Source of the DNA: Octopus bimaculoides
Lineage: Eukaryota
Direction: 5' to 3'
DNA: 41,429 bases
Assembly (NCBI RefSeq): GCF_001194135.2
Contig: NC_068991.1
Span: 29,776,034-29,817,462 of the forward strand
Shown here: positions 11,172 through 22,585 of the stretch, in pieces
How positions within the stretch are numbered: the stretch's first letter is position 1
Layout: every line of letters starts with the position of its first letter
Translations under genes and position numbers: made by a program
The notes under the pieces: generated by a model
Told to the model about the DNA's origin: nothing
The model's database searches: none
Seen by the model: only the letters and a program-made list of their open reading frames with translations

Positions 11172-12081
11172 TATATGTTTGGCTTTTGCTTTGCATTTGT
11201 ACAAGTTGACTCCAAGTCTCACCCAGAGTCGCCAAGAGACAATAAGTTAGAAATTCAGGTTGGTGTCATGACTAGGGTTCCATAGTTTTAGCTGAGAAAA
11301 CATGAGAAAAATTTGTTTTAAAAGTAATTTGATTATAAGATGGTAGTGTGATGCAAAAATTATAGCAGAAGGTATTGGATATTCTGTATATTTAAAAGCA
11401 TGTTGACACTGTTTACAGATTAAAATGCTTTGGGGAGTACATAGACAATATTTTTCGTAGGATATGAGAAGTTCCCATGAACACTATTTTTTGAATTTCT
11501 TCCATATTTGGATTTCCTGGTATCTGGGGTAGGTAGCAATCAGACCCTTTTGCTATCATTTCTAGGGAACTTATGATAACAGGTATTCTTTTAATCTTGA
11601 GGTTCCACGTTTTGCCAATTTCTGTTTCAAGATCTTAATATTTACTCAGTTTTTGGTAGGTCTTGACAGATATATTTATGTAGATTGGGACAGTCATACC
11701 GAAGAGAAGACATGTCTGGCCTATTTGCATCTATCTTTCTGTCACTTTGAACAAAGAGTGAGATGTGATCATTATCAAGCACTGGACGTGGTTTATGTTC
11801 CTACCAGTTTTTATCATGGGGCAGGTCCATGTCTTTGCAGATAGCCCAGTGAATATACTGTGCTGCTCTACCATGCCTGCTGAGATATTCTGTCGGTGCA
11901 CGAAGGTTGCACACGGAGACAACATGATCGATGGTTTACATACACATCTTGGGCTACTGCCATTCTTTAACATGTGCGCCTGGTAGCTTTTGTAGGTAGG
12001 CATTGATCTTGGGCGCTAATGATAAACCCTTCTGTTTCTAATTTTAAGCCAGAAGACACTCACCATTGGTAAGGGCTTTGC
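11172..12081 (-). mobile_element. R4/Dong-type non-LTR retrotransposon, subfamily D, 5'-truncated
   Basis: SGLKLETEGFIISAQDQCLPTKSYQA, HGRAAQYIHWAICK, KIDANRPD and IPGNPNMEEIQKIVFMGTSHILRKILSM (RLE C-terminus). 3' UTR ends before an AAT/AAC tail at 11143-11171. Confidence 0.85.
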
Positions 12082-12130
<49 letters not shown>

Positions 12131-12140
12131 CATTATTATT
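12082..12140. repeat. (TTA)n tract between two Dong elements
   Basis: Direct inspection. Confidence 0.95.
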
Positions 12141-15100
12141 GCCTTTGCACAGCTAAAGCTGGAGATGTACTACAGTGTCAGCTGTTCACTACCAGTGCAC
12201 TATGGTAACACCTCTTATTTTTCGAGCACCTTCCGGAGTATTCGAGCGGTTCCAAGCGGTGCTGTTTTCTGGAAGTGCTCCATCCTTATTGCAACTCCTA
12301 TTTGTTCCATGAATTTGTCAAGATTTTTATTCACTGTTCCCAGGGCTCCGACACTTATTGGCACTACTGCTACCTTTTTTCATCGACCATAACTGCTTAA
12401 CTTCCCAAGTTAACCTGTCATACCTATCGACTTTTCTTTCTTCCTTATCACATACCTTGTTGTCAGCTGGGCGTGATATATCTATGATCCAGCATAGTTT
12501 GATTTCTTTCTCAATTAACACTATGTCTGGCTTCTTATTCTCTATCACATAGTCGCACTGAATCATAAAATCTCACAGAATGTTTGCAGTATCATTTTCG
12601 ATGAGGCCTTCGAGTTTGTGGTCGGAACAATTTTTTCCTCTGTCAAGTCCATACTTGTTGCAAAGTTTCCAATGGACAAGCCTGACTATATTGTCGTGGC
12701 GTCTCTTATATTCCTTCTGGGCTAGTGGCGTACACTGGCTGGTAATATGCCATAAGGTTTTACCATTTTGTCCACAGATTCTGCACTTATCGCTTTCTGA
12801 TGTGTTGTCTATTCTGTATTTAAGTAGTTTGTTCTTAGGACATGCTCTTCAGCAGCACAGATTAGAGCCTCCATTTCCGGTTTTAAATCACTTTTAGTCA
12901 TCCACAGCCATTTTTTTCTCTGTCTGTCTTATCTTCAGCATCCCTATGAAATTCTCCATGCATTCTTTTCTTTACCCATCTATTTTCAGTTTCAATCATT
13001 TTCAATTCCTTGTACAGTGCTTTATCTTTGAAATCTTTCAACCTACACAAGCCTGACCTTACTTCTAATAATAGCGGTTCTGTGATATTTTTTACATACC
13101 ATGCTATGTTGTTTTCTTCTGCTCTAATGCTGTGTTCGCATCCAATCAGTCCTCTTCCCCTTCTTTTTCTTGGTACATATAGTCTGTCTGTGTCACTTTC
13201 TGGTTGGAGTGTCCCATATCAAATCAGCAACTTCCTTGTCTTTCTGTCTAAGCTGTTTAGTTCATCTACTGCCCATGCGATTACCCCTGCTCCATATCTA
13301 AGGAGTGAAACCGCCCAGGTGTTGATAGCTTCAATCTTATTCCGTCCGTTTAATTTCGACTTAAGGATCAGTCTCAGTCTGCGCAAGTACTACCCCTTAA
13401 ATTTTTCTGTCATTTCTTTCTCTATCAATTTGTCCATTTACAAATTTCCCAAGTACTTATAGCCCGTGTCTTCTATCTGCTTCATAACCTCCCCCGATAG
13501 CCATAGACATATTCAAGACATTTTCAGTCCGAACTCCATTCTGATATCAGCATTGAAAGTATACACCGTATGAACGAGGGAACTGACTTGGGCTTCATCT
13601 TTACCATAAAGTTTGAGATCATCCATGAATAACAAATGGTTGACTTTTTGTTGGAGGCTTTTGACTGCATACCCAGCTTTTGCTTTCCTCAGTATCAGTG
13701 TTAGTGGTATCAAGCAGAGTACAAAGATCAGTGGGGACAGGCAGTCCCCTTGGAAGATGTCCCTCCTAATTTTTACTGTCCCTAAACTTCGTCCGTATGC
13801 TGTCAGGTCCATCCTCCAATTCGCCATACTTTTTCCAAGCAATCGCTCAACATTCAATGCAATACCAAATAGGTTCATGCATTCCATTATCCAAGAATGT
13901 GGTATCATATCGTACGCCTTACGATAGTCGATCCATGACATGGCTAAGTTACTTTTCCTCTTCTTGCACTCTCGAAGTACAGTTTTGCCTATTAGGTGTG
14001 GATCCTTGGTACTTCTGCACTTGCGCTTGCAACCGTTCTGCTCATGTGGCAGAACTCCATTTTTTCAGATGTTAGTACATTGATTCTGCGAGTATTCCAG
14101 TCAATAACTTCCACATAAGTGGCAGACAGGATATCGGCCCGTAATTTTCTACGGCATTGCCTTTTTCGATGATTTTCAAGCACTGCACTGTCGTACCCAA
14201 TGTCAACTACTCTGGTGTTACTTGGTCGGCATTTAACAAAGTGTTGAGGTGTGCAGCTATTCGTGCATAACATTCACCAAATCTTTTGATCCAGTAGCCT
14301 TGAACTCCATCTGGTCCCGGAGCCTTCTAGTTGCTCATCTTTTCGCTGGTTTCCTTCACTTCCCTAACTGAAATGACTTGTACTGCCTGCTTTGGACAGA
14401 CTACTGTTTGTTTCAGTTCTTGCAACCATTCAGCATCTTTCTTGTGCTCCTTGTCTTTGCTCCAGATGTCACTCCAAAACCTTTGACTTTCATTGTTATC
14501 TGGTATCAACTTTTCATCTATACACTCTCCATTTATTTCTTTATAGGATCTCTTCTGATCTACTCTAAATAAGCTATTCTGGTGGTAATCCCAAGTCGAA
14601 ATTAAACGGACGGAATAAGATTGAAGCTATCAACACCTGGGTGGTTTCACTCCTTAGATATGGAGCAGGGGTAATCGCATGGGCAGTAGATGAACTAAAC
14701 AGCTTAGACAGAAAGACAAGGAAGTTGCTGATTTGATATGGGACACTCCAACCAGAAAGTGACACAGACAGACTATATATGTACCAAGAAAAAGAGGGGG
14801 AAGAGGACTGATTGGATGCGAACACATTCTTTGGTCGTATCTTACCATTTTTACTTTCTTTGCAGCGAGGCGCTGTTTCAGTTCTTCCATTACCAATATC
14901 AGGCCCTTTCTTTCAATATTATACTTCCTTTTCAGTGCCCTGTATTTTTGTTCACTTTTAAGCTTCCCTTTCCTTTTTCGGTCTAACACAGAAATTTCCT
15001 TCGGTAGCATATCTAATCCTGCCTGTATCCTTCTTTTCCACCATGGGTCTTTTCTTTTGTCACTCCCATAGCATTTTATCTTCTTGACATCAACTCTCAC

Positions 15101-15708
15101 ATTTTCTGCTACAACAATACTTGGTGCCTTGATCGAGTTATTTCCTGTGCTATTAGATTACTTTTATTATTAAGAACTCTATTTTCATCTTTATCTCTGC
15201 TGCTATTTTCCTAGACCCGTCTTTTGATAGCTTCGAGCTCTACTTCTGTGAACCAAAGATCTTTTCTTATTGCTCTAGCTTGATTACATAGTCTCTGTTC
15301 CGTGAGTTGAAACAATCCCTTTTCCCTTCAATGATCATACATGCGTTATCGGTAACCCCTAATTTGAGTACCATTTTCATCTACCGGGTTGCTCAGGTAG
15401 TAACACTCCATAACCACAGCATTAATTTGCTTGCTCTATCTACACCGTGTGTGGTGTTCCCTTTCTGAATATCGACAGGTTGGAGCCGGACCAGAATCTC
15501 TGAGCCTGCCGGGTGCAACACTGTCACCATCAATGGCTTCAGTTACATTACCACCGTTATTCACAATATTTTGTTTTTTCATTGTCACTCACATGAGGTA
15601 GCGATTATCGGTTTGCGCAATTACCAATATTTTTATTGTAATACCATTACTACATGTATAATTAATCAGGATATGGGGAGATTCGGGAGGACTCCACCCG
15701 CTCCTTTC
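12141..15708 (-). mobile_element. Near full-length R4/Dong-type non-LTR retrotransposon, subfamily A (ORF about 15582-12215, disrupted)
   Basis: N-terminal MECYYLSNP..TEQRLCNQARAIRK; RT motifs WIDYRKAYDMIPHSW, IFQGDCLSPLIF and HLLFMDDLKLY; CCHC knuckle CRICGQNGKTLWHITSQC; RLE KPDIVLIEKE..WIIDIS..DNKVCDKE; stop at 12215-12217; short 3' UTR. (TAA)n on both flanks. Many stops and frameshifts. Confidence 0.95.
14593..14826 (+). repeat. Inverted near-identical copy of 13131-13362 inserted inside the Dong element
   Basis: The reverse complement equals 13131-13362 apart from 2 substitutions and a 2-bp TA insertion. Confidence 0.95.
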
Positions 15709-15726
15709 ATTATTATCATTATTATT

Positions 15727-17187
15727 GTTCAGTAGTTTTATTTTTATAACGTGCTTTCACTTCACTACCGAGCGCAGCTCTGTGCGCCTTGGGTATGTGC
15801 TGTGGTTTGCTGTGGTGCTTTTATGTTTACTGTATTGAAAGTGTTTTGCGTAGAATGTGTGCAGTACCCAGTAGTGCAATTTTCTGTATGTTATATATAT
15901 TTGTAAGTCCTGGTGTTTTTGTTATGTATTTGTCTGAATATTTTTTTATTATACCTAAGGCACCTACTATGATAGGAATTGTTTCTGTTTTTAGATTCCA
16001 CATTCGAGTNNNNNNNNNNNNNNNNNNNNNNNNNNNNNNNNNNNNNNNNNNNNNNNNNNNNNNNNNNNNNNNNNNNNNNNNNNNNNNNNNNNNNNNNNNN
16101 NNNNNNNNNNNNNNNNNNNNNNNNNNNNNNNNNNNNNNNNNNNNNNNNNNNNNNNNNNNNNNNNNNNNNNNNNNNNNNNNNNNNNNNNNNNNNNNNNNNN
16201 NNNNNNNNNNNNNNNNNNNNNNNNNNNNNNNNNNNNNNNNNNNNNNNNNNNNNNNNNNNNNNNNNNNNNNNNNNNNNNNNNNNNNNNNNNNNNNNNNNNN
16301 NNNNNNNNNNNNNNNNNNNNNNNNNNNNNNNNNNNNNNNNNNNNNNNNNNNNNNNNNNNNNNNNNNNNNNNNNNNNNNNNNNNNNNNNNNNNNNNNNNNN
16401 NNNNNNNNNNNNNNNNNNNNNNNNNNNNNNNNNNNNNNNNNNNNNNNNNNNNNNNNNNNNNNNNNNNNNNNNNNNNNNNNNNNNNNNNNNNNNNNNNNNN
16501 NNNNNNNNNNNNNNNNNNNNNNNNNNNNNNNNNNNNNNNNNNNNNNNNNNNNNNNNNNNNNNNNNNNNNNNNNNNNNNNNNNNNNNNNNNNNNNNNNNNN
16601 NNNNNNNNNNNNNNNNNNNNNNNNNNNNNNNNNNNNNNNNNNNNNNNNNNNNNNNNNNNNNNNNNNNNNNNNNNNNNNNNNNNNNNNNNNNNNNNNNNNN
16701 NNNNNNNNNNNNNNNNNNNNNNNNNNNNNNNNNNNNNNNNNNNNNNNNNNNNNNNNNNNNNNNNNNNNNNNNNNNNNNNNNNNNNNNNNNNNNNNNNNNN
16801 NNNNNNNNNNNNNNNNNNNNNNNNNNNNNNNNNNNNNNNNNNNNNNNNNNNNNNNNNNNNNNNNNNNNNNNNNNNNNNNNNNNNNNNNNNNNNNNNNNNN
16901 NNNNNNNNNNNNNNNNNNNNNNNNNNNNNNNNNNNNNNNNNNNNNNNNNNNNGGTGCATCCTATATCCTGTCATTATTTTTCTTGTTTTCCTGTCTATTT
17001 TACATAGTTCGTTTAGTGTCCAGTTAAGGATGTTGTAGCTGTAGCTTATAATTGGGACAGCTAAAGTGTTGATACCCATTATCTTGTTTTTAGCATTGAG
17101 CTCTGTTTTTAGTATTGATCTAACTTGTCTATAGTACTCTTTCTTTATTTTTTCTTTCATTTGTGTATGTTGTATCCTATCTAGTTT
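15727..17187 (-). mobile_element. R4/Dong-type retrotransposon, subfamily B, 5'-truncated, spanning a gap
   Basis: MKEKIKKEYYRQVRSILKTELNAKNKIMGINTLAVP..IDRKTRK (post-RT) and WNLKTETIPIIVGALG..QKIALLGTAHILRKTLSIQ* (RLE end). TAA repeats at both ends. Confidence 0.9.
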
Positions 17188-17215
17188 ATCATTATTACTA
17201 TTATTATTATTATTA

Positions 17216-17306
<91 letters not shown>

Positions 17307-17310
17307 CATC
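17188..17310. repeat. (TTA)n microsatellite
   Basis: Direct inspection. Confidence 0.95.
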
Positions 17311-17719
17311 ATCACTGATATCACTGGTGTCATTGTTTGGGCCTCAGATTCCTGTACTATCAGAATAGTAGTAGTTGTATTATTTGTAGTATTAGCAGCT
17401 GCAACGTATTATTATTATTTTTATCATTATCACCATCACCACCACTACCACTTATTTCCACTTATTAAAAGATTTTGTTAAATGTTCTATATATAGGTCT
17501 ATATATAGATTCGGCAGTTGATGGGGAGGTCAGCTATGGAAACAAAGGAATCTTCGCACCCTTTGGGTCAGCAGAGCTCAAAAGTGTTTACTACTACCAG
17601 CGACTACTGGGACCGTTGACTTTGCCCTTGAGAAGGAGCAATTCAACCAGTTCTATTTGTAATTACTGGTAAAGAAAACAATAATATATATATACATATA
17701 CTGATGTTCACGTCGTTGA

Positions 17720-17767
<48 letters not shown>

Positions 17768-17768
17768 G

Positions 17769-18207
17769 TAATTTTATGATTCAGTGCGACCAAGAGATAC
17801 AGAATAGGAAGCAAGACATAGTGTTAATTGAGAAAGAAAGCAAAAGATGTTGGATCATAGATATAACATGGTCAGCTGACAACAAGGTATGTGATAAGGA
17901 AGAAAGAGAAGTCGATAGATATGACAGGTTAGGTTAGGAGGTTAAGCAGTTTATGGTCAATGAAAAAAGTAGCAGTAGTACCAATAACTGTCGGAGCCCT
18001 AGGAACAGTGAGTAAAAATCTTGAGAAGTATATGGAACAAATAAGGGCTGCAATAAGTGTGGAGAACATGCAGAAAACAGCACTACTTGAAACCGCTCGA
18101 ATACTCCGGAAGGTGCTCGAAAAATAAGAGGTGTTATGTTAGTTCACTGGTAGTGAACAGCTGACACCGTAGTGCATCTCCAGCATTAGAAGCTGTGCAA
18201 AGACAAT
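17769..18207 (+). mobile_element. 5'-truncated copy of Dong subfamily A (RLE plus 3' UTR)
   Basis: NFMIQCDQEIQNRKQDIVLIEKESKRCWIIDI..TARILRKVLEK*, with a 3' UTR closely matching the reverse complement of 12141-12580. Confidence 0.92.
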
Positions 18208-18242
18208 GAAATAATAATTGAGGAGAAAAATGTACGGTCAAA

Positions 18243-18283
<41 letters not shown>

Positions 18284-18284
<1 letters not shown>

Positions 18285-18495
18285 GGCGGTGAGCTTGTAG
18301 AATCGTTAGCATGCTTTGTGAAATGCTTAGCAGCATGTCGTTCGTCGTTACGCTCTGAGTTCAAGTTTCGCCGAGGTCCACTTTGCCTTTCATCCTTTCA
18401 AAGTTGACAAAAAGTACCAGTCGGGTAGTGGGGTCGATGCAATCGAGTATCCTACTTCCCAGAATTCCAGGCCTTGTGCCTATAGTAGAAAAAAA
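18284..18495 (+). mobile_element. SINE family A, near full length
   Basis: AAGGCGGTGAGCTTGTAGAATCGTTAGC head, B-box-like GAGTTCAAGTTTC, 3' AGGCCTTGTGCCTATAGTAGAAA; flanked by (TTA)n. Confidence 0.9.
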
Positions 18496-18504
18496 ATTAT
18501 TATT

Positions 18505-19020
18505 GAGTGAAAGCAGTGCATGTCATCACTGGGGTAAAATATACAACGCCCATTATACCCATCATGACTACCCGTCTGATACGGGTACAACAGGCACATG
18601 CATCACAACCATATGTGCGCAACATGCTGATCTCATATCAAGCATTACCTTGCAGGTGAGGCCCAGTTAGAATTTTCTTGAGGTCGAGTAGCCCATCCCG
18701 CTCAAACAATCCTTGAATAAGGGTTGTTTAAGGATGTTGTACGAAATATCCATGTTTCCAGAGGTGACTTATTCAAGCCCCAAAGAATTCTTCTGAACAC
18801 ATGGCTATGATGCTCTACCACTACTTCTGCTCGTGATCAGAGATGCACATATCGTCAGCTACTAAGAGACATGCTCAACTGGTTAAGGTCAAACAACTGA
18901 CAAAGAAATCTGTGGTACTGAGCAAAATATTTGCTGTTGCCCATCTTTTACCCCATGACAAAACATACATGGTAATACTTCCAATCAGTTAAGATCAGAA
19001 GCCATGAGAGTCAGTGTCTG
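18505..19020 (-). mobile_element. SINE-like family B (about 510 bp, AAT tail)
   Basis: Reverse complement matches 35708-36446 and 36541-36852; ends ..GCTTTCACTC|AATAATAAT. Confidence 0.88.
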
Positions 19021-20094
19021 CTACTATATCAGGGTATCTGCCAGTGCCTGGTACTGCGTCAAGGCATAATCAGTGCCTGGTAATTATTATGTTTTATCAG
19101 TACTGTCGTTAGTAACCGTTATGACGATTACCTTTTTTTCACTAGTACCTCTTCTTCAAATCTGTCGTCTTGTACTTCGCAAAAGCGTACGATTCTCACG
19201 ACAATATGTTTACGTGAAACTTCGTACAGTATGATCTACAATTTCTCGTTCTGGATCACCTGGATTCAGTGACAACGCATAATTAGGACAGTTTGGGTGC
19301 TCAGGATGATAGGTGACCAAGATGATAGAGTGGAAACTAGATCCAGACATCTTTGGCGAATTGGTGGAGTTTAACAAGAAACCATGTTTCGATCTCTGCT
19401 CCAATATCCTGAGGTAGTTTTTTTCCTTGAACATTCCCCTATCCTTAGAATTCACTAGACACTGACAATATTTGACACTTATTTGGTTGTCTCTCAATAG
19501 AAATTGGGTGCTAACACAATAAAGATGAATTTGGAGTCTCTCATTTATGGGTTCATCGTTCCCACGGGTCTTACTGCGCTCTCACTCACCGTATCGACTA
19601 TATTTATGTCCTGGGCACACTAATGTTTACTAGCTGATGACCCTATACTTCACAGTTGCTCGATCTGCTAGAAGTAGCAGCTAAATTTGCGTCAGGTGAC
19701 AATATATATTACATTATTTGAAAAGGAATCTACGTGAAATGGACAACGTAAAAATGTCAAGACTTTCTTTGCTTTCCTTCCCGAGGAAAAGAAAGGTGGG
19801 CAGGTTTGGCTGCGTGATAGAGTGCTACTGTACTTTAGCTCTTGGTCACCTATCATCCTGAACACTCAAAATCAACGAGACTAAAAGTGTGACCATCATT
19901 TTGCATTTAGATGCAGCTGGAACTATATTATATAATGTGTCCTCCCTTCATTGACGACGGGCATGGATTAAAATGGATTTCGTTCTTACTTCTAAAAGGG
20001 TGAGTGAACACATACAAAACTCTTTTGGATTGATGTATTAGAGATGCTGCGTGGATTATCTGAGCATGTAAGTCTGTAGAACTATGTGTGTGTG

Positions 20095-20420
20095 TATGGG
20101 ATGTAGTAGTAGGGGGTAGTAGTTGCGGTGTGGTGTTGTAGTGAGTAGGGTAGTGATAGTGGTGTTCGTATTGGTATTGTTGTTGGTCGTGTTTGTTGTG
20201 GTGTTGGAGTTGGTAGTGGTGTGCGGGGTATTGGTAGTGATGGTGCTGTTGTTAGCGTTGCTGGTGTGGTGTGCTGGTGGTGTTGCTGATGTTATTGTTA
20301 GTTTGGAGTTTGTGTTGATGTTGGCATTGGTGGTATTCATTGGGTTGTTGCTGGTGGACAGGGATGGTGGCGGCGGTGAGAGTAGTCTTAGTCGTGGTGG
20401 TGGTGGCGTTTGGTTCAGTT
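20095..20420. repeat. GGT/GTT-rich low-complexity region
   Basis: Direct inspection; source of the poly-V and poly-T ORFs. Confidence 0.8.
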
Positions 20421-20594
20421 AATGTTAGGAGTAAAGTGGGGGGTTTCGAAGTGCAGAGTCTGGATATGCGAAGGTGTTCAGGGGTTGGGCTGAGTTGGAT
20501 GGTTGCCGGATGACGCAGCTTGGTGTAATGTTACTGTTTGGCTATGAGGCTGTACCAATGGACGACAGCATAATGTAAACATTTACACTGTTTG

Positions 20595-20955
20595 CTGCAG
20601 ATAACAACAGCAATAACAACAAGAAGCATAACAGCAGCAATCACCAGCATCACCAGCACCACCAGTACCGTCAGTGCCACCAGCGCCACAACAGAAACAA
20701 CCACCACAGCAATCGAATCAGATACAACAGCAGCAATAAGCAGCACAATCACGACCACAGCGGCAACTGTGCTGCACAACTATCACTACTGCAACTGGAA
20801 CCAGTAGTACCAGTGCAACCACGGCAAGCTACTCAACCACTGGCACTATCACCGATACCAGCATTACTAACATCAACATCGCCACTACTACCATTACCGC
20901 AAGCAGTATCGCGACCACTATCACGAAGACAACCATCACTATACTACCATCTCCA
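20595..20955. repeat. CAG/CAC/ACC-rich low-complexity region
   Basis: Direct inspection. Confidence 0.8.
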
Positions 20956-21368
20956 CTATAGCATACGGATATGCTTATATGAGTGTGTGTATGTATGTAT
21001 GTATGTATGTATGTATGCATGTATGCATGTATGTAAATATATATATATTTGTATATAAATATACATATATGTATGTATGTATGTATATATGTATGTATGA
21101 ATCTATATGGATATATATATNNNNNNNNNNNNNNNNNNNNNNNNNNNNNNNNNNNNNNNNNNNNNNNNNNNNNNNNNNNNNNNNNNNNNNNNNNNNNNNN
21201 NNNNNNNNNNNNNNNNNNNNNNNNNNNNNNNNNNNNNNNNNNNNNNNNNNNNNNNNNNNNNNNNNNNNNNNNNNNNNNNNNNNNNNNNNNNNNNNNNNNN
21301 NNNNNNNNNNNNNNNNNNNNNNNNNNNNNNNNNNNNNNNNNNNNNNNNNNNNNNNNNNNNNNNNNNNN

Positions 21369-21595
21369 CACGTTGCTCCAGTTCACTCAGCTGTAGAGAT
21401 GAGTTGTGATGTAACTGGTGCCAAGCTGTATCAGCCTTTGTCTTTCCCTTGGATAACACTGGTGACGTGGAGGGGGGAGACCGGTACGCATGGGCAACTG
21501 CTGGTTTTCCATAAACAACCTTGCCCGGACTTGTGCCAGGGAGGGTAACTTCCTAGGTGCAATCCCATGGTCAGTCATGACCGAAGAGGGTCTCA
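21369..21595 (+). mobile_element. SINE family E (head lost in gap)
   Basis: Starts CACGTTGCTCCAGTTCACTCAGCTG, the core shared with the SINE at 27981-28299, but has a different 3' body. Confidence 0.65.
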
Positions 21596-22549
21596 GCAGC
21601 AAACATACATACATACATACATATGTGTATGCATGTATGTATGTATGTATGTATGTATATTTGTATAAATCTGGGCTTTCACACGGCACCAACCCTGTGC
21701 AAATACACTACTCGCCTCGCTGCCAGTAAACTATGTTTCTTTGCAGCACTACTCAAATCTCAACATTTTCGTTGAATGCTCCAAGCATCAATTCAAAAAG
21801 ATCGAAGGCTCAGTTCATTCAAAACTGAGCTTGCAACCACCCTCATCACAAATTTCACTTCTTGCAGTAAATTGCAATAATCTCTTACTCAAGGACACAG
21901 CGCTCTCCGTCCCAAACCCCCCGGTTCAGCCTAATGAGCTTTAACTGATGACGGCAGCCAAATGGCAAGGCATTTAGCTAGCATAAAAGAAATGAAAGTA
22001 CTTGAACATAGGATACTTTTGCATGACAGCCATCAGATTACAGTTTGCCTAAAGTATATTCAGTGAGGAGTCCAGTTCATACAATATACTGCATTTGAAG
22101 GCATATAAGATGTACTTAAAAAAAAATACCTCAATCACCCCCAAGTCTTATATCCGTGGGTGGGCCTCCCGTAAGCTTGAATGCACTAATTTCTTGAATA
22201 TTCGCTGCTAAAACTGAGCTGTGTCTAATATGCACGCGCATTTTGTTTGTTACCAAATACAGAAAATACTATATATACCTGTAGGAACTCAAAACGTCTC
22301 CACCAATTTGTACAGGAGAAGTTGAAAATACGGAATCATGAGTGTCGAATACATTCTGAGTAAAAAGTGGAAGCAAAAAAAAAAANNNNNNNNNNNNNNN
22401 NNNNNNNNNNNNNNNNNNNNNNNNNNNNNNNNNNNNNNNNNNNNNNNNNNNNNNNNNNNNNNNNNNNNNNNNNNNNNNNNNNNNNNNNNNNNNNNNNNNN
22501 NNNNNNNNNNNNNNNNNNNNNNNNNNNNNNNNNNNNNNNNNNNNNNNNN

Positions 22550-22585
<36 letters not shown>

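Noticed and set aside
15670-15708. GC-rich hairpin at the 5' end of Dong A as a possible HDV-like ribozyme
   Set aside because: It forms a simple GGAG-CGGG/CCCG-CTCC stem, but I cannot fit the nested double pseudoknot or catalytic C.
21741-21944. Acceptor-like TTTCTTTGCAG followed by a 67-aa frame
   Set aside because: No homology, no clear donor site, and partly SINE-like sequence.
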